Assembly: GCA_011109175.1 (NCBI GenBank)
Contig: RDEW01000001.1
Coordinates: 5,724 to 69,723, forward strand
Direction of reading: 5' to 3'
From: Dicyema japonicum
Lineage: Eukaryota; Animalia; Dicyemida
DNA length: 64,000 nt
Part shown: one piece after another, positions 22,946 to 35,900 of the stretch
How the letters are laid out: every line of letters begins with the position of its first letter
Numbering within the stretch: position 1 is the first letter of the stretch
The notes under the pieces: model-generated
The model's input: only the letters and a program-made list of their open reading frames with translations
The model's database searches: none
Told to the model about the DNA's origin: nothing
Made by a program: the position numbers and the translations under genes

Positions 22946-25900
22946 GGAATTCGTAGCATTAGTTCATTTGAGGCTTTTCAGTTCCAATGCTTAGCTTATT
23001 TTTTGTTTCATGTGTCATTCAATATGCTTTGCTTACAAAAAAGACCATCGACTAAATCCATTTTGATGAGAAAGCATTCAGAGAAATAGAAGTATGTCTC
23101 TATCTCAACCTCCTGTCCTTTACTACTTGTTTAACTATATCTACAAACACATTCCACTAACAGAGAAGAATAATTCGTTAAAGTAATATGCATTGCATGA
23201 TTTTGGCGGAACAACAAGGTTAGGCGGTTAGCGATGTCACTCGAGTGACAATTAGCTATGGGTACGATCCCACACCGTTACCTACGTGGTCGGGGAATTC
23301 CATCCTGCTCTGACCCCTTCATCAAATCCTAAGAGGTGAGTTTGATCCACAAGCAAGGAGATTACTTCCGAGTTTGCCGAGTTGAGAGACTATTTCCGTA
23401 GGACTGTGGATTCCAGAGTTCTCAATAGCTACATATGTAATTACAACATCTGTTTATTTATTGACCCCGAAAACCACAAGGAAAAAAAGTTATCGTCTGA
23501 TAATGAGATCTCGATGTTCCTGCATATCTGTTTATGATGGCGTCTTATATTTTGAAAAGAATTCCAGATATAATCAGACTTACGGCCCAAGAAGATGCTC
23601 TAAAGACTAGGCTATTTAAAGGAAATTTCGCTGGCGTTCCGCCAGGTGATCCATAATCGAGCCATCATCTCTATACTAACATGGAGCTAACGAACATTAA
23701 AACGAATCGACAAACAATCCCCCAACAATTCTGAAGCACTGATTAGGTCACAATTAGGGCGATTTTTGTCGATAAACTCAACAATTAATATGTTCTTTAA
23801 TGACACTGTAAAAAATCTGATTTTCTTATTCCATCTACCGACTCTAGGATCAATGAGGTCACTAATGCTTAGTCAAACATGATTTTCTCTGCCTAAGTTG
23901 AACAGTAAAGTTTACACAACTTGTTTGAGGGATATCGTTTTACTTCCTTCTATGCAAAGTGTCAGTTTTTCATTATTCCATTTTGGAGTCTGACAAAATT
24001 ATCACCAATATTTTGGTAATAAACGTTTCGGAGAACCAAAAACAACTCGCATTTAATAATCAGATTTTTACCGTTTTTCCCCTTTTTTAAATTAAACATT
24101 ATCCCATATTAAGGCCTTTGTTAAGAAATATCTCTATTGCAGTATTCTATACTCCCATGAATACAATTGGATTCTTTGCTGTGGCTTTCTAATCACTTTG
24201 ATAACCACAAGACGATCAATCTCTTCTCTTGCTCCACCTTCAATTTTCTTCACACAAAATCTATCTGACTAGTCTTTGGGAACGATTACTTTCCGTAGCC
24301 ACTGATCTCCTTCACTTGAAAAGACAGGGGGTAAAATAAATTATTCTCTCACCTTGTCTTCTTAAAAAAGCATAATCAAATAAATAGATAAGCAATAAAT
24401 ATGTGAAATTCGCATGTTAGAATCCCATTTGGGTTTTCTAACCTCAAAAACTCTAAGAAGAGTGCTGAATCCATTAGGTTGTCTGCTTTGAGACATTTTG
24501 CTGGTGAACTGGCGATGTTGGTCACTTGAACAAATGATCTTGTGGCTGCATCCACTTATAATTTGCGAGAATATTTACTAACAAAATAATGGATTCAAGC
24601 ACCAAAACCTTACAGTTAGAATAAGGTAACACTTTGGACAAGGATCGATTCCCTGAGGATGTACAATATCTAAGTGCTTACCTCTGACTAACATTCGGAT
24701 TGAGACTGAGGTTTTCTTTGATAGTATCTCTACTCTACAAGGAATCCCAAAATCCTCATTCATAAGATTGTTGATGATGCTTAATAAAGTATTTTCGAAT
24801 TCGTAGCATTAGTTCATTTGACGCTTTTCAGTTCCAATGCTTAGCTTATTTTTTGTTTCATGTATCATTCAATATGCTTTGCTTACGAAAAAAGACCATC
24901 GACTAAATCCATTTTGATGAGAAAGCCTTCAGAGAAATAGAAGTATGTCGCTATCTCAACCTCCTGTCCTTTACTACTTGTTTAACTATATCTACAAACA
25001 CATTCCACAAACAGAAGAGAATAAATCGTTAAAGTAATATGCATTGCATAATTTCGGCGGAACAACAAGGTTAGGCGGTTATCGATGTCACTCGAGTGAC
25101 AATTAGCTATGGGTACAATCCCACATGGTCGGGGAATTCCATCCTGCTCTGACCCCTTCATCAAATCCTAAGAGGTGCGAGTTTGATCCACAAGCAAGGA
25201 GATTACTTCCGAGTTTGCCGAGTTGAGAGACTATTTCCGTAGGACTGTGGATTCCAGAGTTCTCAATAGCTACATATGTAATTACAACATCTGTTTATTT
25301 ATTGACCCCGAAAACCACAAGGAAAAAAAGTTATCGTCTGATAATGAGATCTCGATGTTCCTGCATATCTGTTTATGATGGCGTCTTATATTTTGAAAAG
25401 AATTCCAGATATAATCAGACTTACGGCCCAAGAAGATGCTCTAAAGACTAGGCTATTTAAAGGAAATTTCGCTGGCGTTCCGCCAGGTGATCCATAATCG
25501 AGCCACCATCTCTATACTAACATGGAGCTGACGAACATTAAAACGAATCGACAAACAATCCCCCAACAATTCTGAAACACTGAGTAGGTCATAATTAGGG
25601 CGATTTTTGTCAATAAAGTCAACAATTAATATGTTCTTTAATGCCACTGTAAAAAATCTGATTTTCTCATTCCATCTACCGACTCTAGGATCAATGAGGT
25701 CACTAATGCTTAGTCAAACATGATTTTCTCTGCATAAGTTGAACAGTAAAGTTTACACAACTTGTTTGAGAAATATCGATTTACTTCCTTCTATGCAAAG
25801 TGTCAGTTTTTCATTATTCCATTTTGGAGTCTGACAAAATTATCACCAATATTTTGGTAATAAACGTTTCGGAGAACCAGAAACAACTCTCATTTAATAA

Positions 25901-26636
25901 TCAGATTTATTACCTTTTTTTCCCCTTTTTTAAATTAAACATTATCCATTTAAGGCCTTTGTTAAGAAATATCTCTATTGCAGTATTCTATCCTCATGAA
26001 TACAATGGATTCTTTGCTGTGGCTTTCTAATCACCTTGATAACCACAAGACGATCAACCTCTTCTCTCTTGCTCCACCTTCAATTTTCTCCACACAAAAT
26101 TCTATTCGACTAGTCTTGGGAACGATTACTTTCCGTAGCCACTGATCTCCTTCACTTGAAGACAAAGGATAAATAAATTATTCTCTCACCTTGTCTTCTT
26201 AAAAAAGCATAATCAAATAAATAGATAAGCAACTAAATATGTGAAATTCGCATGTTAGAATCCCATTTGGGTTTTCTAACCTCAAAAACTCTAAGAAGAG
26301 TGCTGAATCTCCATAGGTTGTCTGCTTTGAGACATTTTGCTGGTGAACTGGCGATGTTGGTCACTTGAACAAATGATCTTGTGGCTGCATCAACTTATAA
26401 TTTGCGAGAATATTTACTAACAAAATAATGGATTCAAGCACCAAAACCTTAACAGTTGGAATAAGGTAACACTTTGGACAAGGATCGATTCCCTGAGGAT
26501 GTACAAAATCTCAGTGCTCATCTCTGACTAACATTCGGATTGAGACTGAGGTTTTCTTTGATGGTATCTCTACTCTACAAGGAATCCCAAAATCCTCATT
26601 CATAAGATTGTTGATGATGCTTAATAAAGTATTTTT
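22946..26636 (+). repeat. Head-to-tail tandem duplication, 1851 bp unit (22946-24796 / 24797-26636)
   Basis: Both units start GAATTCGTAGCATTAG and end GATGATGCTTAATAAAGTATTTT; contain degenerate RT-like (GVPPGDP) and integrase-like (SDQHRQFTSK, minus) motifs. Confidence 0.92.
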
Positions 26637-27370
26637 TCAAAGGAGATTGGCAATAATAGTCCCCCCAACTTTATGACCAGCCTCTCATTTCATAACCAAC
26701 TGGTATTAAGTCTAGTTAAACTTAACTTCATAGTGAAATAAAAAATTCCATTCACGTGATCTCTACACCCCCTATAAAGACCTCAACTTGGCACAACTTT
26801 CCTCTTGAGCGCACGCAACACGTATCGGTCATGTAACTGGATGCTCGTAGTCGCACAGGCCCGCTCCTCAGTTCATGCAAAGTAGGAAATCCAAAGGCAT
26901 TGGAGAGGAGAGTTTTCCAGATGTCCATCGCTCCGAATCTTAAAGCCCTTTATTGACTGACTTCGATCTTAATAGAAAGAGACAACGGGACCCAGTAAAC
27001 ACAGCAAGACATGTTCTTAACTTCTTTCCTTGGTTGCGTGCGACTCCAGGAAGTCGCAGTGTTATTAATGGCGGATAAAATTCAGATATTTTCCGGTTTG
27101 AATCTCGCTGCTGTCCATTCTTGTTGAAGGTTCCGTATCTACGATGCTTTCTGGCCTGACGAGTGATGCCGTCATACATGGTACCTCTACAGCACGAGAT
27201 TGCCTACACCGACTCATAATGATATAACTTAGTAATAAATAGTCAAACAATCTCCAAGAGAGCCACAACCTACTCGATCGACATGAGGATCTCAATTCGA
27301 CGTACTATAATCCTACTTATTTACAAAGACAAGTGTACTCAAACAATACAAATAAAATCATTACAAATAA

Positions 27371-27981
27371 TCACAACTGTCCACACTGGGAAATAACAAC
27401 GGACGTCTTGGGCTTATTATTAGCACCAACAGGCATATTCTCTATTTTCTTCAACACCAAAATCCCCTCAACCAGTCTCCCTTAGCAATAACCAACCATA
27501 CAACCAAATACAACGTGCTTTCTGTCCAAATAAGTGCATCTGCACAAGTTATGAAAAACTGGCATCCGTTCGTATTTTTGCCACTGTTAGCCATCGACAG
27601 CACGCCTGAGTTGTGAGTGCCGTTCAAATCTTCGTCGTTGAACTCACCCCCGTAAATACTAAAGACTCCAGTCCCGTCAGCCTTTATGAAATCCCCTCCT
27701 TGGACCATAAAGTCCTTGATTACTCTGTGGAAGATAGAATCCTTGTAACCGATTGGTACCCCGTCTTTTTTGAACTCACCAGTGCAGAATTGGCTGAGAA
27801 TTTATATGAAATAACTATACCGAAAATTTTCTGCTGTTTTAGGCACTTTATGAGCATAAAGCTCAAATTTTAAACGCCCAGCTTCCTAAAGTTATTTATA
27901 AATTCGTACAAAAGATCCAATTTTAATATCAAAAAATACTACTGGATTATCAGGGTGTAATAAATTATCAAAAATAGACAT
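27371..27981 (-). CDS. PPIH: Cyclophilin H-like peptidyl-prolyl isomerase (one apparent 1-bp deletion near 27535)
   Basis: [92 protein letters not shown]; introns 27886-27909 (24), 27794-27820 (27), 27481-27504 (24). Confidence 0.92.
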
Positions 27982-28644
27982 CCACGTAAACACACGTCGA
28001 CAGAATTTATTTTAAAATTTTATTTTATTTTAAAATTTAATTTAAAAATAAATATTAAATTAATTATGTTCACCAAAAGTCAAATTATCATAAAAAATTA
28101 AGACTGATTTATGTAATTGAAAATGCTTAGTAATTTCACATTCCACATAATCTGTCACTAAATTTTTGCCGAATGAGGTTCCACAGGTATCTCCAATGTC
28201 ACCCATTCTTTTTAACCTCTTTATAAAAAACTCAAATCATCCATAACCTGACATCGTCCAGCAACGATTCCAGTAGTCGCATGAGCTTTCCTCTGCGAAT
28301 AGGTCCATACGATATCCGCCGTTACAACCAATTCTATAAAGGTCGTAGAGACAACATTTTCCGTCTGAAATTCATCCAAAATGATTATTTGCCTCGAAAT
28401 TAATGGCATTAGAATCTGTATAAAACTTGAGTCATTTAATTGCGTTCATCGAGATTCTATAATTGAAAACAATTTTCCTCGCCTGCCTGTTCGGCTCTCT
28501 AAGCTGCGCTTTAATACAGTGCACCGTAGATAGCCATAGAGCTTCTCATCTACCCTAACTGTTTATACAAGGCGACATAAATTATGATTATTTAACATTA
28601 AATAAACCAAAAACTCCCATATTAATAATAAGTTAACCAGACAA

Positions 28645-29598
28645 TTAATTTTTGTATGTTAATAACCTAAATTTGCCTCTTCTATGCCACAAAACAATTA
28701 CCATGATCATCAATATCAGTAGCAGGAAATCAAAGACAAAGCATAGAATAGATAATATGACTCTCCACTTATTATATGATGGTTTAATATTATTTGTAGA
28801 TGTAACAATGACATTCCGGTTACTATCTGACTGTAGAAATTTGTTTGTAGAGGAAAGTATAACATTCCGGTTACTCAATGATGGTTTATTATTTAGAATT
28901 ATCACTTTTTGTGTAGACAGTTTAGTTTTAATTTGCGTTTGGTTTATATTTGGTGAGGCTCTATTATTTGTTGAATTTACACAAAAAAACGCTAAAATAA
29001 ACAAGTACAATAACTTGGATAGTGAAACAAAGTAGCATCTCTGATTTTGATTATTTGGGTTTTTAAACAAGAAATATTGAGAGAAACGTCTGAAGAAAAA
29101 TTTTTAAAAATAGTTTGACAAGAAAAACCAAAAGTTTGAAGAATCAATTGTTGATCAAGTGTAATCGTATGAAAATCAGAGTTATCTTAGAATGAATAAA
29201 TATAGTTACAAATTGATAGTTCTATTTTGTCAAGGTAATATTGCCCACCAGGCACCAAAAAGAACGTAAAATATAAATTAATATCACGTGATGATAAAAT
29301 TAGAACAATTTTATCATTTAATAAAATTTTATATAAGTTTGAATTTTTCTTATTAAATATGAAATTCATATTCTAATATTAATAAATTTACAAACTTTAT
29401 AATTTCACAAATGTTACTTTTATTTTTCACTTTAAGATGCTTCATTTCGAGCATTCCAGGAATATTCACGTATAGTCGTACATGCACTATTATATTATTT
29501 AAATGATCTAGCCACCATTAGTATAAACCATTTGATATGCAATTACAGGACTTATTAAAATAATTAATAATTCATATCCACACAATGATAAAGTGATT
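28645..29598 (-). CDS. Type I membrane glycoprotein, paralog 1 (LAMP-like lumenal domain tentative; 5' exon lesions)
   Basis: Splicing of 23-39 nt GT-AG introns gives an open frame from NMNFIFN.. to an N/S/T-rich stalk, hydrophobic TM (VILSILCFVFDFLLLILMIMVIVL) and basic tail HRRGKFRLLTYKN*. Confidence 0.55.
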
Positions 29599-30199
29599 TA
29601 TAGGTTATTTTATAAATGTTAAATTATTATTTAATTTAATAAAATTTATTAAAAATATCTCAAATGATGGATAAAAATGTTTGAATTTTAATTATGTACC
29701 TTATTCCGAAAAGTGTCTCATTCATACAGAAAATAAGTCAGTTTTTGGAAGGAACACCGAGAAAAAATGAGACAGCTGCTTAAGGAGGCTGGGATCACCT
29801 TGCGGACATCTATTCTCTTTTTTTGTTTGTTAAATAACTTAGTAAAGTTCTGGATTCGAAAATGAATTGCAGTAAAGCAACATGGTGGAAAGTTCCTTTA
29901 AACACAAAAGGAAGAGACCATATTGATTGCAAGTCTTACCACATAGATTGGACAACCTATAAATGACAGCTATACATTGCATGAGACTTATGTTTCTTGT
30001 CGAAAATAAAGGCAATAGAAATAAAATAAGAAAACTCGACACCATTAGTTGATTCCCGCTTCCTTCAGTAGAGTCCTTGTATTTTGGATCAAACGATTCC
30101 TCCTTATGTTCGTGTCGCTGGTAATTGGAATTTGATAATGATTTGAGGACCCTTTTTTCTGAAAGTGACTTTGAAGGGTGTTAGGTTTTATTAAGAAAT

Positions 30200-30800
30200 A
30201 AACCAGCATATATACCTAGCCGCACTATCTTCAAAGAGGATAAATTATTCATCCCCCAAACCTCGTACATGGACTTCAATCCCAGTTTATGCTAGAAAGC
30301 TCACCTTTATAAGAAATAGGAATATGCTAAACGATCACAAATGCATGATGGAGACACTATTGACTCTTTAAGACAACGTAACATCTCCTTTTACAGAATA
30401 CAACTACAAATAAACAAAAGTGGATCCTCCCAATTGGATGCATCAAACAAAAAAGTTTACACAACTTTCCTTCTGGAAGATTCTAAAACTCAGAAAAACG
30501 CACTTGTGAGATGAGGATGGTGCAGCCTTTCCTCCATTACAGAATAGTAAAGAACTCACTAACAAGACTAGTTACAAAAATCGCTAACAAGACTTCTCAA
30601 GTGCGCTTGGAGAAAATGTATCCAGAGACGTTTTTACTAAAAAAGGGTGTTCTGCAGGGCTATGTCCTGGCCCCTATTGTTCAAATCTTATCAGACTTCC
30701 CAACTCTGTCAAACCTAACACTAACTATTAATATACGCGGACCACATCAATCATGGATATGTCTGGGAGGTCGACGCTTTCCCATCTAAAACTCAGGATA
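30200..30800 (+). mobile_element. Degenerate non-LTR RT relic
   Basis: ETFLLKKGVLQGYVLAP in ORF 30511-30789. Confidence 0.45.
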
Positions 30801-31926
30801 TTTATTGACCGAGTGTAAGACCGGTGTGTCCGGAGAGGGATGAAACTCTCAAAGAGAATTCAAACTTTATAAGAATAAGCCGTTTACAAAGCCATCACAT
30901 ACAAACTTATAGCTAGGAATACCAAGAGTTCGATCACTTCGTTTCCTGCATGTAGTATTCAACCAGGAAAGCTCATTTCAGGTGGAATCAAGCTGACCGT
31001 CAGTGTGGAGACTTTCCTCTTCATTTTTTAAGAGCATAATCCTACAAAAGCTATTGTATAGGTGCAAAGCATGGAATCTATCCACAAAGAAGGAAATGAT
31101 ATTATCAGTACTAGAGAAGTCTAGAAGATCTGCCATAAAGTTAGCGACGTCTTGAGACTGGGAAAACGGGATCCTTGCCCTAATAAAGCAAATAGTTGAA
31201 AAATAGATTTGTGGATTCCTACGTAAGAACACATACTAATTATAAAGATGGGGGACGTCAGAGTGTCCAGGCCGCAAAGGCGGACTAGTTATAACCTCTA
31301 TACCTAACTCCTAATCTAGTTTTTAATAAAGTTTTTCCGTATTTCTAAGATAAGTTTTTGATTATCGCCTTTGTCACATTTTCAATCTTTTTGATAATGT
31401 TGCAATTTTCAATTCTTCTGGTTATCATGGAAGTACATTTTGTGATTCCTTTGGTTTCATTAATGGCAACTGTAACCATATGTTTTGGAGTGATAAGTTT
31501 GACTTATCAGCCTTGACACGAAGAATGACCAGGGTTTTCATGCCATAAGACAAATATTTACAGATTTAAAAAAATAACATAAAAGGATCACATAATAAAA
31601 TATTGAAGCAATTTGGAAGACTAATTTTTTTAAATGACATTGTAATCGTTTTAGATCTCATAATACTTGTATTACACTACTACATATAACTAATTACAGA
31701 GACTTCATTCATAGTAATATCATTCTCTATTATGTGACAATGTCATTTGTTGTATTAACTAAGTCTTAGTGATTATCCAGCAAACTAATTCAAATTCTAA
31801 ATAGTCGATTTTATATGTCATTAAAACACAAAAAATAAACGTCGACTCATCAAAAAATTATACAAGAGACTATAAAATATATCATTTAACATCAAACAAA
31901 CCAAAAATTCCCATATTAATAATAAG

Positions 31927-32841
31927 TTAACCAGACAATGAATTAGTGTTTGTTAATAACCTAAATTTATCTCTTCTATGGTATAAAACAATTACTATGA
32001 TTATCAAGACCAAGCCATGAAATCAACGACACAGCAAAGAATGGATTTATTACTTTCTTGTTACTATATGATGGTTTAATATTATTTGTAGGCGAAAGTA
32101 AATTTTCCTGACACTATTTCGATGGTTTAATATTTGGAATTATCATTTTTTGGGTAGACAGTTTATTTTTATTTTCTGTTTTGATAACATTTCGATAGAC
32201 TCTCTTATATGTAGAATTTAAACAATATAGTCCTAAAATAAATAAGTTCAACAACCAATAGAACTAAATTTGATAGTATCTCTATTATTGAATATTTTGG
32301 TCCTTAGACAAGAATATGAGAGAAACATCTGAAGAAAATTTATTAAATATAGTTTGACATTCATAGTCATGATTTTCTCGAATCAATTGTTGATCAAGTG
32401 TAATTGTGTGAACATCAGAATGATCTGATAATTAATAAATATAGTACTAATCGATAGTTCTATTTTTGCAAGTAAATATTTTTTTCCAGGTTTCAAAAAG
32501 AACGTAAAACATAAATTAATATCATGTGATGATAGAATTAGGAAAATTGTATCATTAAATTTAATTCTATATAAGTTTGAATTTTCCTCGTTAAATATGA
32601 AATTCATATTCTAATATTAATAACAATTACAAACTTTATAATCTTTCACATATGTTACATTTATGTTTGCTCTTAAAAGTGCTTTATTTCGAGCATTCCA
32701 TAAATAAACACGTTTAGTCATACATGCAAAGTAATAGTTATTTGAATGATTTAACTCACCATTAGTATAAACCATTTGATATGGAATTACAGGACTTATT
32801 AAAATAATTAATAATTCATATCCACACAATGATAAAGTCAT
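31927..32841 (-). CDS. Type I membrane glycoprotein, paralog 2 (3' part frameshifted)
   Basis: Signal-like MTLSLCGYELLIILISPVIP, 24 nt intron, exon paralogous to 29187-29369, TM and tail YHRRDKFRLLT; segment 31860-32934 homologous to 28570-29670. Confidence 0.5.
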
Positions 32842-32934
32842 TTATAGGTTATCTTTTATTTATTAATAGGTTATTTTATAAATATTAAATTATTATTAAT
32901 TCAATAAAATTTATTAAAAATATCTCAAATGATG

Positions 32935-35900
32935 TATTTAGCTACAGATTTTTATCATAGATAATCGTTTTAATCATCCAATTATTAAAATGATTCTTAA
33001 ATGATGTATTATCTCTTGGTCACATGGCTGAATTAAAAAAAGTTGTGTTTTTTGGAAAAAAATATTACGTCGACGTTTAATATTGGGCAGAAACGACATG
33101 ACAAGTTGCATTGTTAATTAATAATGCTATTTTTCTTCTTTTCTCCCTTATTTCCTCGTTAAATCGAGCTAACCAATTTTCAAAAATATTTTTTGTCATC
33201 CATGCTTTGCATGAAGCATAATATTCAATGCCGATTTCTTTCAGAATTACACCTTTTAATACTTTTGGTGACTTCGCACGCTCAATTATCAGCGGTTTAT
33301 ATTTTTCTCCTGTGTAACTGCAACACAAAAAAAGTGTCAGACGTTCTTTTCTTATTTGATGTCCGCTGTGTGACTCATTTCTTTCAACAAAACTCTTTTT
33401 GCAAACGGCTTTATAAAATAAGGCAGTTTCATTACAATTGAAAATGTTTTCTTCACCATTTTTCTCAAGCAAATCATAGAAAGTCGATCGGAAGTTATCC
33501 GCACCTCCTTTATCAGCTGATTGTTATTCGCCATGTAATATTCTGAATTTTATTTCGAATTGTTTCTTAAATCTGTAAAGCCATCCATTAAAAGCAGTGA
33601 AATCTTGATTTGAATTTTTATATGCAATTTTACATACAATTAGCTTTAATGTTGGCCCATTGATAGGGAAACTTTTAGACCTGAGAATACAAAAAATCTC
33701 GTAAATTTGGGCATTCAATTCGTATCCAATTGTCCCTTCTGATATTGAGAATCCTTGAGCTAAGATTCCTTCCCTTTTCTTTTTTAGTCAGTATAGCATT
33801 CCTTTAGAGATGTTAAATCTTTCACAAATCAGTTTATCCTTATAGAAATCTGACTGTATTATTATATTATAAAGCACAACGTCTTGCCATTGGAAATGAC
33901 AAAACCAGTGCAGTACCAAACATTGATTTTTTAGTTAATTTTCTCCACTTTCCACGATCCTGAGCCAAATCCCTCAAGTAGTCCAGGTCATCTCCCGTAG
34001 TTAGAGATAATCCTATTCTTTTCAGGTCTTCATTCAGTGTCGTGGCCAGTGATGCTCTCGGACGTCCTCGGAACTTCACCTCCTCGGTTTGAAAGTATTC
34101 CTCCATGGCAACATTAGCTGGGGTTTCGATTTTTCCCCGTAGGATGTGTCCAAATAGGCTCCAACGAAATTCCCTGATGTCTAGTGAAATCGGTTTAGAA
34201 GACGTAATAGAGTATAGTTCTTTACTTCTTGTTCTCATACAGTCCCAGCACGAATGAATCTTTCGTAGTTGTCCCCGATGGAAGGAGTTTAGTTTTTCAA
34301 TGTCATTTAGGGTTAATGACCAAGAACTTGCATTATATAGGAGTATTGGTTTGACTAACGAATTGTATAGTCGAGTTCTGATCTCTCGATTCAAGCCCTT
34401 CTTTCTTAGAAACCAATTTCTTCTCAAGTTGTATAAGGCCGTATTTGCTTTAATCTTCCGTGCAATAATGTCTTCTTTATCTCCAAGCAGGGATCCCAGC
34501 TTTTTAACCTTTCGCCAATTCTCCTCCAGAATAGATTCCTTCCTCATCAAAGTTGTCAGCTCTGTCTTGTCTTTGTTGATATTTAGTGACCATTTTTCGA
34601 ATACTCTTGGTGCCGTCTCGAGTAATCCCAATAGGGCCTCCCCATTTTGCGAGACGAAGTCCACATCATCTGCATAAGCTAGGATGCTAGTTCCCTCCAC
34701 AATAAAAGGCTTGAGATCCCGTAGCGCAGATTCAAGATATGCAACAAAGAGGAGAGGAGACAATGGATCTCCTTGTGGAGTCCCAGTATTTGTCGAAAAT
34801 GGCATGGCTTGAGTATTTCCAATTTTAACAGTTAGTTGTGTTTAATCATCGAAACTGACGAGGCGTCGAATAGACCCGTGATAGATTCCAATAATTTACA
34901 ACGGTTAACTGAATCAAACGCTTTCGATATGTCAATCCCAAGGATCCCAAAAGATGTTCTAAATCTTTGAATGGTTGAACATCTCCATTTTAGGCTCCAT
35001 AAGACGTCTGCCGTTGATCTCCCCTCGCGGAATCCACTATGGTATGGTGAAAGATAGGCTTCCAAATTCTCTCTTACACGTTCGAGAGTGATAATAGCCA
35101 GGATCTTCCTGATAACATTCATTAGGATGATCGGTCTCAAGTTTGTTACTTTTCCTTTCGGCTTATTTGGTTTGGGAACCGGAATCAAATAACCCTCTCC
35201 AATGGGTAACAACACACATTCTTCAAACATTTTGTTCATGATCAACGCAATGATTTCGTAGAGGTAGTCACCGCCGTGTTTGAATAGTTCAGGACGTAGT
35301 CCATCCGGGCCCGCACTTTTATCAGGTTTCAGCCTTTCACCTCATAAGGTGCAATTTTCATTCCCAGTTCACCGGATCCACAAATGAATGCCGAAATCAC
35401 ATTCTGAGTCGTATTTAGCCCCGACCTGAAGTGATCAGTAACCAACTCGGCAATCTCAGATGGGTTCATTATTCGTCTTCCATTTTGGTCGTATAATATA
35501 GGGGTACTCTTCTTATTGTGACATTTAAGTAGCCTAACAGCTTCGTAGTATCCCCAGTTACCCTTTAGCCCTTCCAGGTGCTCTAATTTGTTTAAGGCAT
35601 CACATCTAGTAGCATTCCTCACAGCTTTCTTTATTGACTTATGTATTCTTGCTTTTTCTTTCCTGAGTTCATCTATTGTAAATTTATTCATAGTTTTCTT
35701 TTCCTGTATTTGCAGTCGAATTTGATTGATTAGAGATATCTTGACTTGCACTATTCACATTTATCCAGCTTGGAATCTCCATATACATTTCATCATATGT
35801 TTTATGCATCGCCATTGATACGTTTTTCCATACGTTTAAACATGATTGGTTCGTGTTAATATTCTCCAATTTGTTGGTTATTCGTTTTCTGTATATCTCC

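Noticed and set aside
26700-27330. Possible LTR element (PPT-like AGGGGG followed by TGTAG on minus; similar at ~60825 on plus)
   Set aside because: No paired LTRs, PBS or convincing gag/pol motifs found
28652-29035. Plus-strand 127 aa ORF
   Set aside because: Antisense shadow of the membrane-protein exon on the minus strand
34300-34677. Plus-strand ORFs over retroelements (34300-34677, 56806-57228, 49610-49969 minus)
   Set aside because: Antisense shadows of RT coding regions
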